A stretch of DNA of 64,000 nt, taken from the IMG/VR virus record IMGVR_UViG_3300044780_000058; one strand, 5' to 3'. Shown here piece by piece: positions 36,632 through 46,620 of this stretch (within the stretch, counting starts at the first letter, position 1; each line of letters opens with the position of its first letter). Position numbers and translations under genes: made by a program. Below the pieces are notes generated by a model. The model made no database searches. It was given only the letters and a program-made list of their open reading frames with translations, and was not told the DNA's origin. The DNA is from a virus.

Positions 36632-39073
36632 ATGGACCTCATCAGCACCGCCAACGACCTCAAGGGTCTGCCCGACCAGGCGCTCCAGCAGGAGCTGATG
36701 CACCCGTCGGGCCTGATCCCGAGCTACCTGGTGCTGGCCGAGGCGCAGCGGCGTCAGACCCTGCGCTCCGCCAGCGCGCGCGACCACCAGCAGCAGCAGT
36801 CGGGCACCGTGTACGACGACGTGATCCGCTCCATGATGGCGCGCCAGCCGCCCCAGGGACTACCACCCGCGCCGGCCGGCATGGTTCCCACGCCCAGCGC
36901 GCCGCCCGCGGCCACGCTGGGCTCGACTCCACCGCAGAACTTCCGCACGCCGCAGCAGCTGGCGGTGGGCGGCCTGGTGGGCGAGGACGAAGACGACGAG
37001 ACGATCGACGTGCCCACACTGCGCGAGGCCATGATCGGCTTCGAAGGCTCCCGCAAACCGGGCAGCCGCGGCTATCGCAACAACAACCCGGGCAATCTCA
37101 AGTTCGCCAATCAACCGGAAGCCACCGGCGCCGACCCGCAAGGTTTCGCTATCTTCCCTTCGATCGACGCCGGCCAGCGCGCCATGGATCGGCAGCTGCG
37201 CAAGAACGTCGGCCGCCAGTTGACCATGGCGGAGATGATTGAGGGTAAGCCAGGCGTGTATCCGGGCTGGGCGCCCGCGGCCGCCGGCAACGACCCCGAC
37301 CGCTACATCAACTACCTCGCGGACCAGACCGGCTATCACCCGGGGCACGTCATGCGCGAGGGCCTGCCGGCAGCCGCTGCGCCGCCGCCCTCCCCACCGC
37401 CGGCTGAACCAGGCGCGCCCGCGGCCAGTCTGGCCTCGCTCACGCCGCCGCCCATCGAACCCGACATTGCGTCGCCCTCGCTGCCCGAGCCGCCCACGCC
37501 ACCGACGCCTCCACCGCAGCCGCCCGCGGTAGCCGCGGCCCTGCCGACCCAGCCCGACATGTCGGTGGCGGAGCGCTACTTTCGGGCGGACCAGGCCAAG
37601 CTGCGCGATGAAGTCGAGCGGCTCAAGGCGACATACGCGAAGCAGGCCAAGCCGAATTTCTGGCGCATGCTGGGTGATTTCGGCACCGGCATGGCCGGCT
37701 CGGCCTCGCCCTATGCCGGCGTGAATATCGGCGCCGGCGTGCAGGCCATGCACAAGGGCCAGGTCACGCGCGAGGAGGCAGCGCGCCGCACTCAGCTCCA
37801 GCTGCTGGGCGTCGACCTGAAGCTCGACGACCAGGCACGCCAGTATCAGCAGCGGCAGGACGAGATGCAGCTGCGCCACCAGGAGCGGTTAGACGCGATC
37901 AAGGAGAAGGCGACGCAGCAGGCCGAGACGCGAGCGCGCCTGGTCTTCAATGACGCGTCGCGTACACCCGGCGCCGTGTTCGGCAGCGCCAATGACCCGC
38001 CGCCCGGCCCCGGTTTTACGTTTGTCCCGAACACCGATAACCCGGCGCACAGCGTGTGGCTGCCGCCCACCCGACAGACAGTCACCGACGCGAACATGGC
38101 CAAGATCCTGGGGGTGGAGGTGGGCGCGAGCGTGCCCTACCCGGACTACCTGCGCGCCAGGTACGCAGCCATGGAGACAGGCAAGAAGAAAATCGAGGCC
38201 GAGCAGAAGCCGACGCCGGCGCTGTCGTCGCAGTATCGGATCGCCGCCAAGGCGCTCAACCTGCCGGACGACTCCAAGCAGTGGACCCCGGAAGACGCGA
38301 AGAAGATGCAGGACTTCCTGCACCCCGAGATCAAGATGACGCCCGACCAGATCCGCTTTCACGCGGAAGCGTATCTCAAGGGTGTGCCACTGCCGCCGCT
38401 CGGCATGGGCGTTGCGGGCGCCCGGCTCCGCGGCGAGATCCTCGGCACGGCTGCCGATATCTCGCACGACGTGTCGCTGGCTGCCTCCCGCGCCGCCGGC
38501 CGCGGCGACTCCTCGGCTCTCGAGGCGCTGACGAAGCAGATCACCGCGGTCGAAGCCTTCGAACAGACCGCCAGTAAAAACCTCGACCTGATGCTGTCGC
38601 TCGGCAAGAGAGTTATGGACGTAGGCTCACCCTGGATCAACAAGCCGTTCCGCAAGATCGAGGTGGATAAGCTCGGCGACGCAGAGCTCGCCGCCTACAA
38701 TGCAGCGCGCCAGGTGGCGCTGACCGAAATCGCGAAGATCACCAACAACCCATCGCTCGCGGGCGTGCTCTCCGATTCGGCCCGCGCCGAGATCAAAGAC
38801 CTGATCCCCGAGGAAGCCACTATTGAGCAGATATTCCGCATCGCGCAGGTGCTCAAGCAGGACATGGCCAACCGGCAGCAGAGCCTGTATGACGAGCGCG
38901 ACAAGCTCATGGCGCGGCTGAACCAGAAGCCAGGCGCCAGTCCGGCGCCGGCCGCCACAGCCCCAGCCACAACGGGCGGTCCGCCGCTGATCAAGACCAA
39001 AGAGGAGTACGACCGGTTGCCCTCGGGCACGATCTATCAGGAATCGAACGGCAAGACGTACAGGAAGCCCTAG
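36632..39073 (+). CDS. Ejection protein with lysozyme-like domain
   Basis: FEG..RGYRNNNPGNL..GFAIFPS.DAG..A...WAP..GND..Y; Pro-rich linker; coiled-coil. Confidence 0.65.
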   Translation: MDLISTANDLKGLPDQALQQELMHPSGLIPSYLVLAEAQRRQTLRSASARDHQQQQSGTVYDDVIRSMMARQPPQGLPPAPAGMVPTPSAPPAATLGSTPPQNFRTPQQLAVGGLVGEDEDDETIDVPTLREAMIGFEGSRKPGSRGYRNNNPGNLKFANQPEATGADPQGFAIFPSIDAGQRAMDRQLRKNVGRQLTMAEMIEGKPGVYPGWAPAAAGNDPDRYINYLADQTGYHPGHVMREGLPAAAAPPPSPPPAEPGAPAASLASLTPPPIEPDIASPSLPEPPTPPTPPPQPPAVAAALPTQPDMSVAERYFRADQAKLRDEVERLKATYAKQAKPNFWRMLGDFGTGMAGSASPYAGVNIGAGVQAMHKGQVTREEAARRTQLQLLGVDLKLDDQARQYQQRQDEMQLRHQERLDAIKEKATQQAETRARLVFNDASRTPGAVFGSANDPPPGPGFTFVPNTDNPAHSVWLPPTRQTVTDANMAKILGVEVGASVPYPDYLRARYAAMETGKKKIEAEQKPTPALSSQYRIAAKALNLPDDSKQWTPEDAKKMQDFLHPEIKMTPDQIRFHAEAYLKGVPLPPLGMGVAGARLRGEILGTAADISHDVSLAASRAAGRGDSSALEALTKQITAVEAFEQTASKNLDLMLSLGKRVMDVGSPWINKPFRKIEVDKLGDAELAAYNAARQVALTEIAKITNNPSLAGVLSDSARAEIKDLIPEEATIEQIFRIAQVLKQDMANRQQSLYDERDKLMARLNQKPGASPAPAATAPATTGGPPLIKTKEEYDRLPSGTIYQESNGKTYRKP

Positions 39074-39074
39074 C

Positions 39075-42000
39075 ATGCCCTCGCAATTTGGCGGGATCGA
39101 AGTCAACGACTCAGAATTCGGCGGGACTCCGGTCGTAGAGCAGCCACCCGCCGCGCGGGCGACACCGCCCAAGCCACAGCTCACCGGTGACGACGACGCC
39201 ATCATCCGCAGCCTGGGCGCCGACCCGCGCGTAATCCAGGCCTCGCCCTGGTATCAGGCAGCCAAACAGAAGTGGGGCTCGGGCTTCGCCGTGCCAGGCT
39301 TCGCTGTCGATAAGCCCGAGGAGCGGCCGGGCGCGGTGGCACAGACCATCGGTGCCGTCGGTAAGGGCGCGCTCGACCCGTTCTACGGCCTGGCGCAGCT
39401 GGGCCAGCACGGCTTTGGGGACGAGCGGAACACGCCCTACGTCGACCTGCTGATGCGCTTCCGTGAGCAGAACCAGCGACAGAACCTGGGCGGCGATAAG
39501 GGGTACAACAAAGCCGCCGAGTTTGCCGGCGCCATGGTGCCCAGCCTGGTCATGCCCGGCGGCGCCACTATGTCCGGGGCCAGGCTCGTGCCCGCGCTGG
39601 GCGCCGGCGCAGCGCAGGGCGCCGCTGTGGGCGCGCTCGCACCAGTCACCGAAGGCAACGACTACTGGAGGCAGAAAGCGATCGACACCGGGCTCGGTCT
39701 GGCCGGTGGAGTCACCGGCACCGCCGTCGGCCGCGGCATCACCCGCGGCGCCAAGGCGCTGGCCAGCTGGTTCAAGGGGCCGCTGCCCGAGGAAGAGGCC
39801 GCGGCCTTCGCCAAGACCCTCGAGGGGCGGGTGCAGAGCGGCAGCTGGGGCGACCTCAGCGATCTCGAGCAGGCCGCCCAGGGCGGCAGCGGCCGCGCCA
39901 AACAACTGCTCGGGGAACTGCACGCGGCCGCCGACCCGGAAGCAATCGAACGTGCCGCGGTGCGGCTGCGCAATTTCCGCACGGGCCAGGAGTCGGCTGA
40001 GCTCTACGGCAAGGTCGGCCAGATCGTACGGGACAAGCAGTTGGGCGATGTGCCGCTCGATCGCGGCCTCGCCACCATCGATAAGATGCTGGCCGAGCTG
40101 CGCCAGGCCAAGGCTCCCGACGCCCCCCTGGTGCATTACCTCGAGGGCGTGCGCGCCCGCCTGGTGCCGCAGCCGGCCGCGCCGGCCGGCCCGCCACCCA
40201 CCAACATCCGCGATTTCGTCCAGTGGCAGGCGGCGCAGGAGGCACCCGCCAGCGCGAACAACAGCTATGAGCTGATCCACGAGCTGGTCGGCGACCTGGG
40301 CGATACCATCCGGGCGCAGCGCGGCGGCGCCAACGCCCTGCTCGGTCCCAAGGCAGCCGGCCGCTTGCAGCTGGTGCGCAATGCGCTGCGGAGCGATATT
40401 GACGCGTTCGTGGAGAAATCCGGCGTGCCCGAACTGCAGGCCGCCCAGAAGGCTGCCGACGAGCACTTCCGCACCGTGCGGGTGCCCTTCCGCGACCCGG
40501 CCATAGCGCGAGCCGGCGCCACCGACGAGCCCGACACCATTCTCAACATGTTCGTCAAGGGCGGCAACCGCGGGGCACTCGCGCAGAAATTCTACAACGC
40601 GCTCGACCCGCGCGGCCGCGCTGCGGTGCAGTCGCAGATGCTCGATAAGGTCATCGAAGATGCCACCGACGTAGTCACGGGCAAAGTAAACGCCGAGCGC
40701 TTTCTCGAGGGCGCGCACCGCATCAATAAGGCGTTCGGCGTGTTCTTTCAGGGCGATGACCAGCGCGCTTTTCAGGGCCTGGTCAACCTGATGCAGCACG
40801 CCGCCAGCGTCGATCGTGTGCCGTTCGGTCAGATCGGTGTAGGCGCTGAGGTGGCCGGCGCCGCCGGGCATGCCCTGGGCTTCCCTGGCGCCGGCAAGGC
40901 GGTAGCTGGGCTCGGCGTCGCCAGCGGCCTGGCCAAGCTGCTGCTCAAGACCGAAGGCGGCCGGCGCATGCTCTATTCGATGGCCAGCGCCAAGCCGCTC
41001 TCGCCTGAGCTCGGGCGCATTTATGGAGCACTCGAGCGCGGCAACCTGCCGGCACTCCTGGGCAAGGGCACCGCCACTGTGCCTGGCGAGGTGCGCATCC
41101 ATCGCCAGCCAGTGTGGCAGCCGCCCGGCATGGCCGTGGGCGGCCGCGTGCGCGAGGCGACGCTGCGCTCCCTCGGCTACGAGCCGCTACGCTACGCGGG
41201 CGGCGGCCGCACCATCAACGTCGACCTGGGCGACCGCCCCGGCGAATTCTGGAATCAGCCTATCGATATCGGAGAGCGCGTGCGCCGCTGGCGCAGCGGG
41301 GAGGCCGGGCTGCCCGAGCCCACGCCGCCCCCACCACCGCCGGCCCAGCAGCCGGCCAGCCTGCGCGACCTGGTGCTCGGCGGCCAGGCGGGCATGGCTG
41401 ACCTGGCGCGTATGCTGACGAAGCCCGCGGAGGCGATCTACGGCGGGCGCCTGGCCAGCGGCCGGCCGCTGTCGGAAGCTGAAGCTGAGCTGGTCGGGCC
41501 CGACCCGAAGGAACTCGAGGCGCGGCAGGGGCCCGCCAACCGGGCGCTGCAATTTGCCGGGCGCATGCCCGTCGACGTCGCGCGCTACGGCCTGGCTACA
41601 GCCGCGGCCGGCGGCAACCCGCTGGCACTCGGGGCCGCCGGCGCGAGCGGCATCCTGGGCGGCGCCGCGGCCGAGGCGCTCAAGGCGGACACGCCCGAGG
41701 AAGCGCTGACGCACGGCATCGGCGGCGCGCTGACGGCCCTGCCTGGCGGCTACGGCGTCGCCGGCGGCGCACTCTCCAACGCGATTGGCGCGCAGTCGTT
41801 CCCGGAAGCGATGGAGCGCGCGCTCGAGGGCGGCACGTTCGCCGGCGCCCTGCACTACGGGCCAGGCGCGATCCTGGGCGGGGCGCGCAAGGTGGCTGAA
41901 GCGCTGCCTACGCACGAGGCGCTGCGTGAGGCCGAGGCCGGCGCCCGCGAGCGGCTGCGCGCGAGTGGCGCGCTCTCAGGCGCGACCCTGGGCAACCTGG

Positions 42001-44246
42001 GTTCACTCGACGCCGGTGCGCTTAAGGACGCCGCCATCCTGACCGGCTCACAGCTGGGCGGTGGCCTGTACACGATGGGTGAGGCGGCCGCGGCGCGGGC
42101 CCGCCAGGTCAAGCAGGCGCTGCTCGACCGCCGCACGCTTGAGCTGACGCCGCAAGAGCAGGAGAAATTCGCGCAGGCGCGCCAGGCCTCGCCCGAGCTG
42201 AACGAAGTCGGCGACCTGATGATGCCGATTGAGGTGCGCAAGATCATCGCGTCGCCGCAGAACGTCGAGGCCGTGAGTCGCATGCTGCGCGTGATACCCG
42301 ACTCAGCCAAGCTGGCGGCCGCGGCCAAGATGGGTGTGAGTAAGCTCGGCTGGTATCGCGGCTCCTCACAGGCCCTGATGGATGTGTTCGGCGATGACGC
42401 GCCGCGGTTCGCGCAACTATTGGCGGCGATGAGCCCGCAGACCAGCGTGGAGTCGAATCTCTTCAACGCCCTCAACACCTGGAAAAACTGGATTGCGGAG
42501 GGCCGGCCGACCGACGCCGCCGCCATCAAGCGCATCATGGGGCAGAGCGTGCAGGGTAGTGGCACCGAGAAGAGCGTGCTCGACGCCTGGCTGGGCAATA
42601 CCCAGCGCGTGCTCGGGGCCAAGGACCCGATGAGTGTGACGCTCTCTGGGCCCAAGGTCGACTCGTTCTACCACAACCTGCGCGACGATGTGTTCCGCGT
42701 GACCAACGACGCCTGGATGGCCAACGCGCTCGGCATCGTGCAGGATGCCTTCAGTGGCTCCCCCAGTGAGATCCAGCTGGCTCAGCGCGACCCGGGCATG
42801 ACCTGGCGCTACGCCGCGGCCTCAGCGCGCGTGCGCGACGCCGCGCTGCAGGCGGGCATGCTGCCGAGCCAGGGGCAGGAGACCATCTGGAGCACGGCCA
42901 TGCAGCTCTACGAGCTGGCGCGCAAGAACGGCATGCATCCGCGCGAGGTGCTCGAGCGCGGCATGCTCACACCCGAGATCATCCGCGGCGCGCCCGACTT
43001 TTCTACACTGCTCAAGGAACCGCAGTATCGACGCATCCTCGAGGCCGGCGGCTACGGGCCACAGCTCTCAGCTATGCAGCCGTTCCAGTTTCCGCAGCGG
43101 CAGGTGCCCATGAGCGCCGGCGAGCAGGAAGCGCTGGGCGGAATCGCCGATATCCTGGGTGAGACCGCCAGGGTGCGCGGACTCGAGAGCCAGTCGCGCA
43201 TCTTCCCGTCGGCAGCAATTAGCGAATACCCGACCTCAGCGTTCGCGCGTACGCAGCTGGAAGCCGTCCCGGGCCACTACACCGGCATCCTGTCGGGTAT
43301 GACCGGCCTGCCCTACGGAGAGCGTGAATACCTGACCAGCCGCGGTCTCGGCGCCTTTAAGGATCCACGTGGCCGCGACGTGCTGCAGACGGCGGTCGGG
43401 CTCAACACGACTCCCATGGAGTCCGGCATCGGGGCCTTCAAGGAGAGAGGCAAGCCGTGGGACACCAATCCGGCGCGCTCATTGGGCGCACACGTGCCGA
43501 TCGTCTGGGCGCCGCCCGAGCGGCCAGCGCCGCGCGTCTGGGAGGGCGACTGGAAGCCCCAGGTGCCGCCTGAGATTATGGCCAAGCTGGAAGGCACAGC
43601 GGCCACGCACGGCGCCATGCTCGGTCAAGCCGGCGTAGGCGTGCCCGTGTTGGTGCCGCGGCCCGAGGAAACGGGCGCTAAGAATTTCCGCCTCGAGCTA
43701 CCGAAAAAGCCGAAGCTCACGCCCGAAGCAATGCGGGCGCTGGCGGAGAAATACCCGAAGATGGCCTATGCCCACACGGGCCCGGCGATCGAGGTGCTGG
43801 ACATTAATGATCTAAACCTGACCCAGCGGCAGAGAGACAACGTCGGCAAGATGGTCAACGCGACCAAGCGGGTCGACGCCAAAAATGCCGGCACCTATAT
43901 CGACTACGCCAACGAGTGGGCCCAGCAGCCCGGATCCCAAGCGGTCACTGCAAAGATGATGAGGTATATCGACCAGATGTCGCCGGACGACCAGGCCGCT
44001 CTCGACCAGGCAGTGCGCCAGCCGGCCAGCGAGCTGTTCTCACTTTTCAGCACGACCGCGCAGAAAAAGAAGCTGCCCATGCGGCAGGACTTTTTAAACC
44101 TGCTCGCAACGATGCGCGACCAGGGGGTCACCGGCGTGCGCGAGGGGATTAAGAGCGGGGCGTTCCTGCCGGGTCTGGTAGGAGCTGTTTTGCTGCCTCA
44201 TCTGCTGCGCGAACCCGAGCCAGCCGAGCCTCATCCCGTCGATTGA
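39075..44246 (+). CDS. Large multidomain ejection/polyvalent-type protein (1723 aa)
   Basis: Third gene of the ejection cluster; Ala/Gly-rich segments plus globular domain GWY..LLAAMSPQ..N..GPKVDSF.HN..VTNDAW. Confidence 0.7.
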   Translation: MPSQFGGIEVNDSEFGGTPVVEQPPAARATPPKPQLTGDDDAIIRSLGADPRVIQASPWYQAAKQKWGSGFAVPGFAVDKPEERPGAVAQTIGAVGKGALDPFYGLAQLGQHGFGDERNTPYVDLLMRFREQNQRQNLGGDKGYNKAAEFAGAMVPSLVMPGGATMSGARLVPALGAGAAQGAAVGALAPVTEGNDYWRQKAIDTGLGLAGGVTGTAVGRGITRGAKALASWFKGPLPEEEAAAFAKTLEGRVQSGSWGDLSDLEQAAQGGSGRAKQLLGELHAAADPEAIERAAVRLRNFRTGQESAELYGKVGQIVRDKQLGDVPLDRGLATIDKMLAELRQAKAPDAPLVHYLEGVRARLVPQPAAPAGPPPTNIRDFVQWQAAQEAPASANNSYELIHELVGDLGDTIRAQRGGANALLGPKAAGRLQLVRNALRSDIDAFVEKSGVPELQAAQKAADEHFRTVRVPFRDPAIARAGATDEPDTILNMFVKGGNRGALAQKFYNALDPRGRAAVQSQMLDKVIEDATDVVTGKVNAERFLEGAHRINKAFGVFFQGDDQRAFQGLVNLMQHAASVDRVPFGQIGVGAEVAGAAGHALGFPGAGKAVAGLGVASGLAKLLLKTEGGRRMLYSMASAKPLSPELGRIYGALERGNLPALLGKGTATVPGEVRIHRQPVWQPPGMAVGGRVREATLRSLGYEPLRYAGGGRTINVDLGDRPGEFWNQPIDIGERVRRWRSGEAGLPEPTPPPPPPAQQPASLRDLVLGGQAGMADLARMLTKPAEAIYGGRLASGRPLSEAEAELVGPDPKELEARQGPANRALQFAGRMPVDVARYGLATAAAGGNPLALGAAGASGILGGAAAEALKADTPEEALTHGIGGALTALPGGYGVAGGALSNAIGAQSFPEAMERALEGGTFAGALHYGPGAILGGARKVAEALPTHEALREAEAGARERLRASGALSGATLGNLGSLDAGALKDAAILTGSQLGGGLYTMGEAAAARARQVKQALLDRRTLELTPQEQEKFAQARQASPELNEVGDLMMPIEVRKIIASPQNVEAVSRMLRVIPDSAKLAAAAKMGVSKLGWYRGSSQALMDVFGDDAPRFAQLLAAMSPQTSVESNLFNALNTWKNWIAEGRPTDAAAIKRIMGQSVQGSGTEKSVLDAWLGNTQRVLGAKDPMSVTLSGPKVDSFYHNLRDDVFRVTNDAWMANALGIVQDAFSGSPSEIQLAQRDPGMTWRYAAASARVRDAALQAGMLPSQGQETIWSTAMQLYELARKNGMHPREVLERGMLTPEIIRGAPDFSTLLKEPQYRRILEAGGYGPQLSAMQPFQFPQRQVPMSAGEQEALGGIADILGETARVRGLESQSRIFPSAAISEYPTSAFARTQLEAVPGHYTGILSGMTGLPYGEREYLTSRGLGAFKDPRGRDVLQTAVGLNTTPMESGIGAFKERGKPWDTNPARSLGAHVPIVWAPPERPAPRVWEGDWKPQVPPEIMAKLEGTAATHGAMLGQAGVGVPVLVPRPEETGAKNFRLELPKKPKLTPEAMRALAEKYPKMAYAHTGPAIEVLDINDLNLTQRQRDNVGKMVNATKRVDAKNAGTYIDYANEWAQQPGSQAVTAKMMRYIDQMSPDDQAALDQAVRQPASELFSLFSTTAQKKKLPMRQDFLNLLATMRDQGVTGVREGIKSGAFLPGLVGAVLLPHLLREPEPAEPHPVD

Positions 44247-44535
44247 ACCAGCCGGCCGGCGGACGGCCCCAGCCATTGAGTCGATAGTGCGCGATCACGC
44301 GCTCGCCGTTATTACGGACGAACTCAACCGAGATGCATTCACCGTTGCCGCTGATATCGGTCACGACCGGCTGGTGCTTCTTCAGGCTCTTTTGGGAGCG
44401 CTTGTAAGACTGCGCCGCCGCGGCCGCGTCCGCTCTACCGCGCTCTTCCGGGTGGTGTGCCAGGTAGGCCAGCCGGGCGCGGCCGCGCTCCTGCGCGTCA
44501 TCTATTTCTGCTTCCGTTATTTTGCGTCGTGGCAT
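44149..44535 (-). CDS. Hypothetical protein
   Basis: 128 aa with AAGGA RBS; 3' end overlaps the convergent large gene. Confidence 0.45.
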   Translation of the reverse strand: MPRRKITEAEIDDAQERGRARLAYLAHHPEERGRADAAAAAQSYKRSQKSLKKHQPVVTDISGNGECISVEFVRNNGERVIAHYRLNGWGRPPAGWFNRRDEARLARVRAADEAAKQLLPDPAGTPRS

Positions 44536-44540
44536 TGCTT

Positions 44541-44735
44541 TTATTCCTTACCGTTGGTTCCCCATTGCTTGAGCACGTCGGCGATCAGCGCGATGAATTT
44601 GGTGTCGCTCTCGCGCCGCTCGCGCTCGCGGACGAGCTGCGCCTCCACGACCGCGCGCAGGTCGCTGGCGGATCGGGCCAGCAGTTCCACGCTCAGAGCG
44701 AGGGCGGCCAAACGTTCGTCGATGGGTGCTGACAT
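44541..44735 (-). CDS. Short coiled-coil protein, family A
   Basis: IDERLAALALSVELL...GTNG. Confidence 0.7.
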   Translation of the reverse strand: MSAPIDERLAALALSVELLARSASDLRAVVEAQLVRERERRESDTKFIALIADVLKQWGTNGKE

Positions 44736-45161
44736 CTAATCCTCGCAGTCGCGCAAGATCTGTTCCAGAGTGTACGGACACTCCTGGGCGAATAAGTTTG
44801 GATCGAGACCTGTTTGTGCGGCCGCCTTATAGCGCGCTCGCCAATATGCCCTGGGCACGAGATCCGACAGTTGTGCCTCCAGGCTTGGGTTTTCATTCAG
44901 TAAATGGCGCAGGTCGCTACGCTGCACCTGAAGCGTCCTGACCCAACTGCCTGACCGCTTGAGCGGCTGGTGGTCCCACTTCAGCTTGTGCGCCAGGATC
45001 AGGCTCAGGCGGTGGTAAACCTCGCGGCGCTCGCTCCGGCCCATGTCCTCAATCTCCTCAGCGATCGCGTCGCGCAGTTCCGGGGTAAGTTCACCCGGCG
45101 CCCGCAGACAGGCAGCTGCCTGCTCAGCCCAGGCGTAGAAGTCGACGTCCTTGGCGATCAT
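44736..45161 (-). CDS. DUF29-family protein
   Basis: DFYAWAEQ..IAEEIEDMGRSERR..H.LKW..QP..RSGSW..QR..L..NPSL..CPYTLEQIL. Confidence 0.85.
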   Translation of the reverse strand: MIAKDVDFYAWAEQAAACLRAPGELTPELRDAIAEEIEDMGRSERREVYHRLSLILAHKLKWDHQPLKRSGSWVRTLQVQRSDLRHLLNENPSLEAQLSDLVPRAYWRARYKAAAQTGLDPNLFAQECPYTLEQILRDCED

Positions 45162-45171
45162 GGCTACTACT

Positions 45172-45200
45172 ATTCTCCCACGTCCGCTCGCAAATGTCAC
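45172..45200 (-). promoter_or_regulatory. Promoter with CGAGCG box
   Basis: GTGACA-TTTGCGAGCGGACGTGG-GAGAAT, 10 nt before ATG. Confidence 0.65.
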
Positions 45201-45314
45201 GCTGCGCGGCGCCGTTGTCTGGACGGTATCGGATATCGAGTTGTTCCTGGAAGACTACGAACGCAGTTTCGGCTGGCTGCACAAAGGCGACTCGGCTATC
45301 GGGCAGATGTCGTT

Positions 45315-45623
45315 CTAGGCCGCCCCCCGCAACGCCTTCGCATACTTGAGCAATCCGGCGACACGATCCGTCACGGGAGCTGCGTTCTTCCGCTCCGCCC
45401 AGTCCTGCTTATCGTAAGCCGTCAGTGCGTCCTGGCCGGCTTTCGTGACGATGATGCCGTCGCCCAGCCGTGCGATGTATTTGCGGATCAAGAGCGAGCC
45501 CAGCGTGTTCTGTTGCGCCTGCTCGAGGTGTTCTATCTTCACGTCGCGGTTGGCGATGTAGCGTAGAGTCGCGATCTGGTGTCGGCTGAGGGCGCGGCGT
45601 GTCCACTTTTCCTGTTCCGTCAT
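45315..45623 (-). CDS. Hypothetical protein, possible winged helix
   Basis: LSRHQIATL..LGSLLIRKYI..IIVTKAG. Confidence 0.55.
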   Translation of the reverse strand: MTEQEKWTRRALSRHQIATLRYIANRDVKIEHLEQAQQNTLGSLLIRKYIARLGDGIIVTKAGQDALTAYDKQDWAERKNAAPVTDRVAGLLKYAKALRGAA

Positions 45624-45970
45624 TTCTGTTTCAGTCCTTTGAGCACATGAATTGCGTCAGTAAGCGCGTCCCTGCGGATCTCCAGCGCAGCGATAGCTGC
45701 ATCGAGATCGGACGGGCCGGCAGCAGTTGAAGTGGTGGGCTGGAGCCTGACGCTGGGCTGGCCGTTCGGGCTCGCGGGCAGGGAATAGCTGTACCGGTGC
45801 GGCTTGCCGCGCCGGATGAGCGTGCCGTCCCGAACGCCTGCTGTGAGCGGGTTGCTGACGGCTTGACGGGTGAGGCCGATGCCCTCACCGATCTCTGTCG
45901 CAGTTGACGACTCCGGGTGATCCTCCAGGTAAGCCTGGATCTTCGCCAGGATGCCTTTAGGTAGCGCCAT
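45620..45970 (-). CDS. Winged-helix DNA-binding protein
   Basis: STATEIGEGIGLTRQAVSNPL..G.LIRRG..RYSY. Confidence 0.7.
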   Translation of the reverse strand: MALPKGILAKIQAYLEDHPESSTATEIGEGIGLTRQAVSNPLTAGVRDGTLIRRGKPHRYSYSLPASPNGQPSVRLQPTTSTAAGPSDLDAAIAALEIRRDALTDAIHVLKGLKQK

Positions 45971-46238
45971 TCGGCTCTCCGTTCGTTCCGCGGCCTTTGA
46001 GCATCAGATCGGCCAGCCGATCCAGCTTGGCATCGATCTCCGCCATCATCGCGTCATGCTTGGCCATCATCGCGTCATGCCTGGCCATCGCCACCTCGTG
46101 ATCCCGCAGCCATTCGGCGTGTTCTTTGATGCGCGTCTCGTGGCGCAGCACCATTCCGGTGTCTACCGTGATGCCGTCTATGCGCCGCTCCAGCGAACGG
46201 AACAGGTTCTCGATGAAGTTCCGATCCTCCGGGCTCAT
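45957..46238 (-). CDS. Short coiled-coil protein, family B (His heptads)
   Basis: His every 7 residues; KLDRLADLMLKGRGTNG. Confidence 0.7.
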   Translation of the reverse strand: MSPEDRNFIENLFRSLERRIDGITVDTGMVLRHETRIKEHAEWLRDHEVAMARHDAMMAKHDAMMAEIDAKLDRLADLMLKGRGTNGEPNGAT

Positions 46239-46435
46239 TTCGGCTCTCCGTTCCCCAGCGCTCGCAGGTACGCGGCTATCCCGCTGAGCAGCGCTTCCCG
46301 GGCCTTCCGCTCGCGCTCGTCCAGCCGCTTTTGTTCGGCCTGCATCTGCCGGAGTCCCGCCTGCATTTCGCGGACGTCTGCGGTGAGCAGTTCCACGGAC
46401 TCTGTTAGCGCGTCTAGCCGCTCATCTATCGTCAT
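46235..46435 (-). CDS. Short coiled-coil protein, family A
   Basis: MTIDERLDALTESVELL...GNG. Confidence 0.7.
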   Translation of the reverse strand: MTIDERLDALTESVELLTADVREMQAGLRQMQAEQKRLDERERKAREALLSGIAAYLRALGNGEPK

Positions 46436-46620
46436 TATTTCCCCCAGCGGGCCGCAGCGGCCTTCTTAGCAATTGCGGAGCGCTGCTTCTTGCTCAGCTT
46501 CGCGGCCCTAGCAGCTCCGCCAAGAGGCGCCCCGATCTTGCCGATCTCCTGCATCTCGCCGGGTTCCGCCAACGCGGCCCTGCGTTTACCGAGCGCTACC
46601 GCCGCTCTGTTCTTCGTCAT
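46435..46620 (-). CDS. Small basic protein (AAVALG..RAAKLS..R..IAKKAA.ARW)
   Basis: Characteristic motif; its start codon forms part of the IS target TCAT. Confidence 0.7.
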   Translation of the reverse strand: MTKNRAAVALGKRRAALAEPGEMQEIGKIGAPLGGAARAAKLSKKQRSAIAKKAAAARWGK

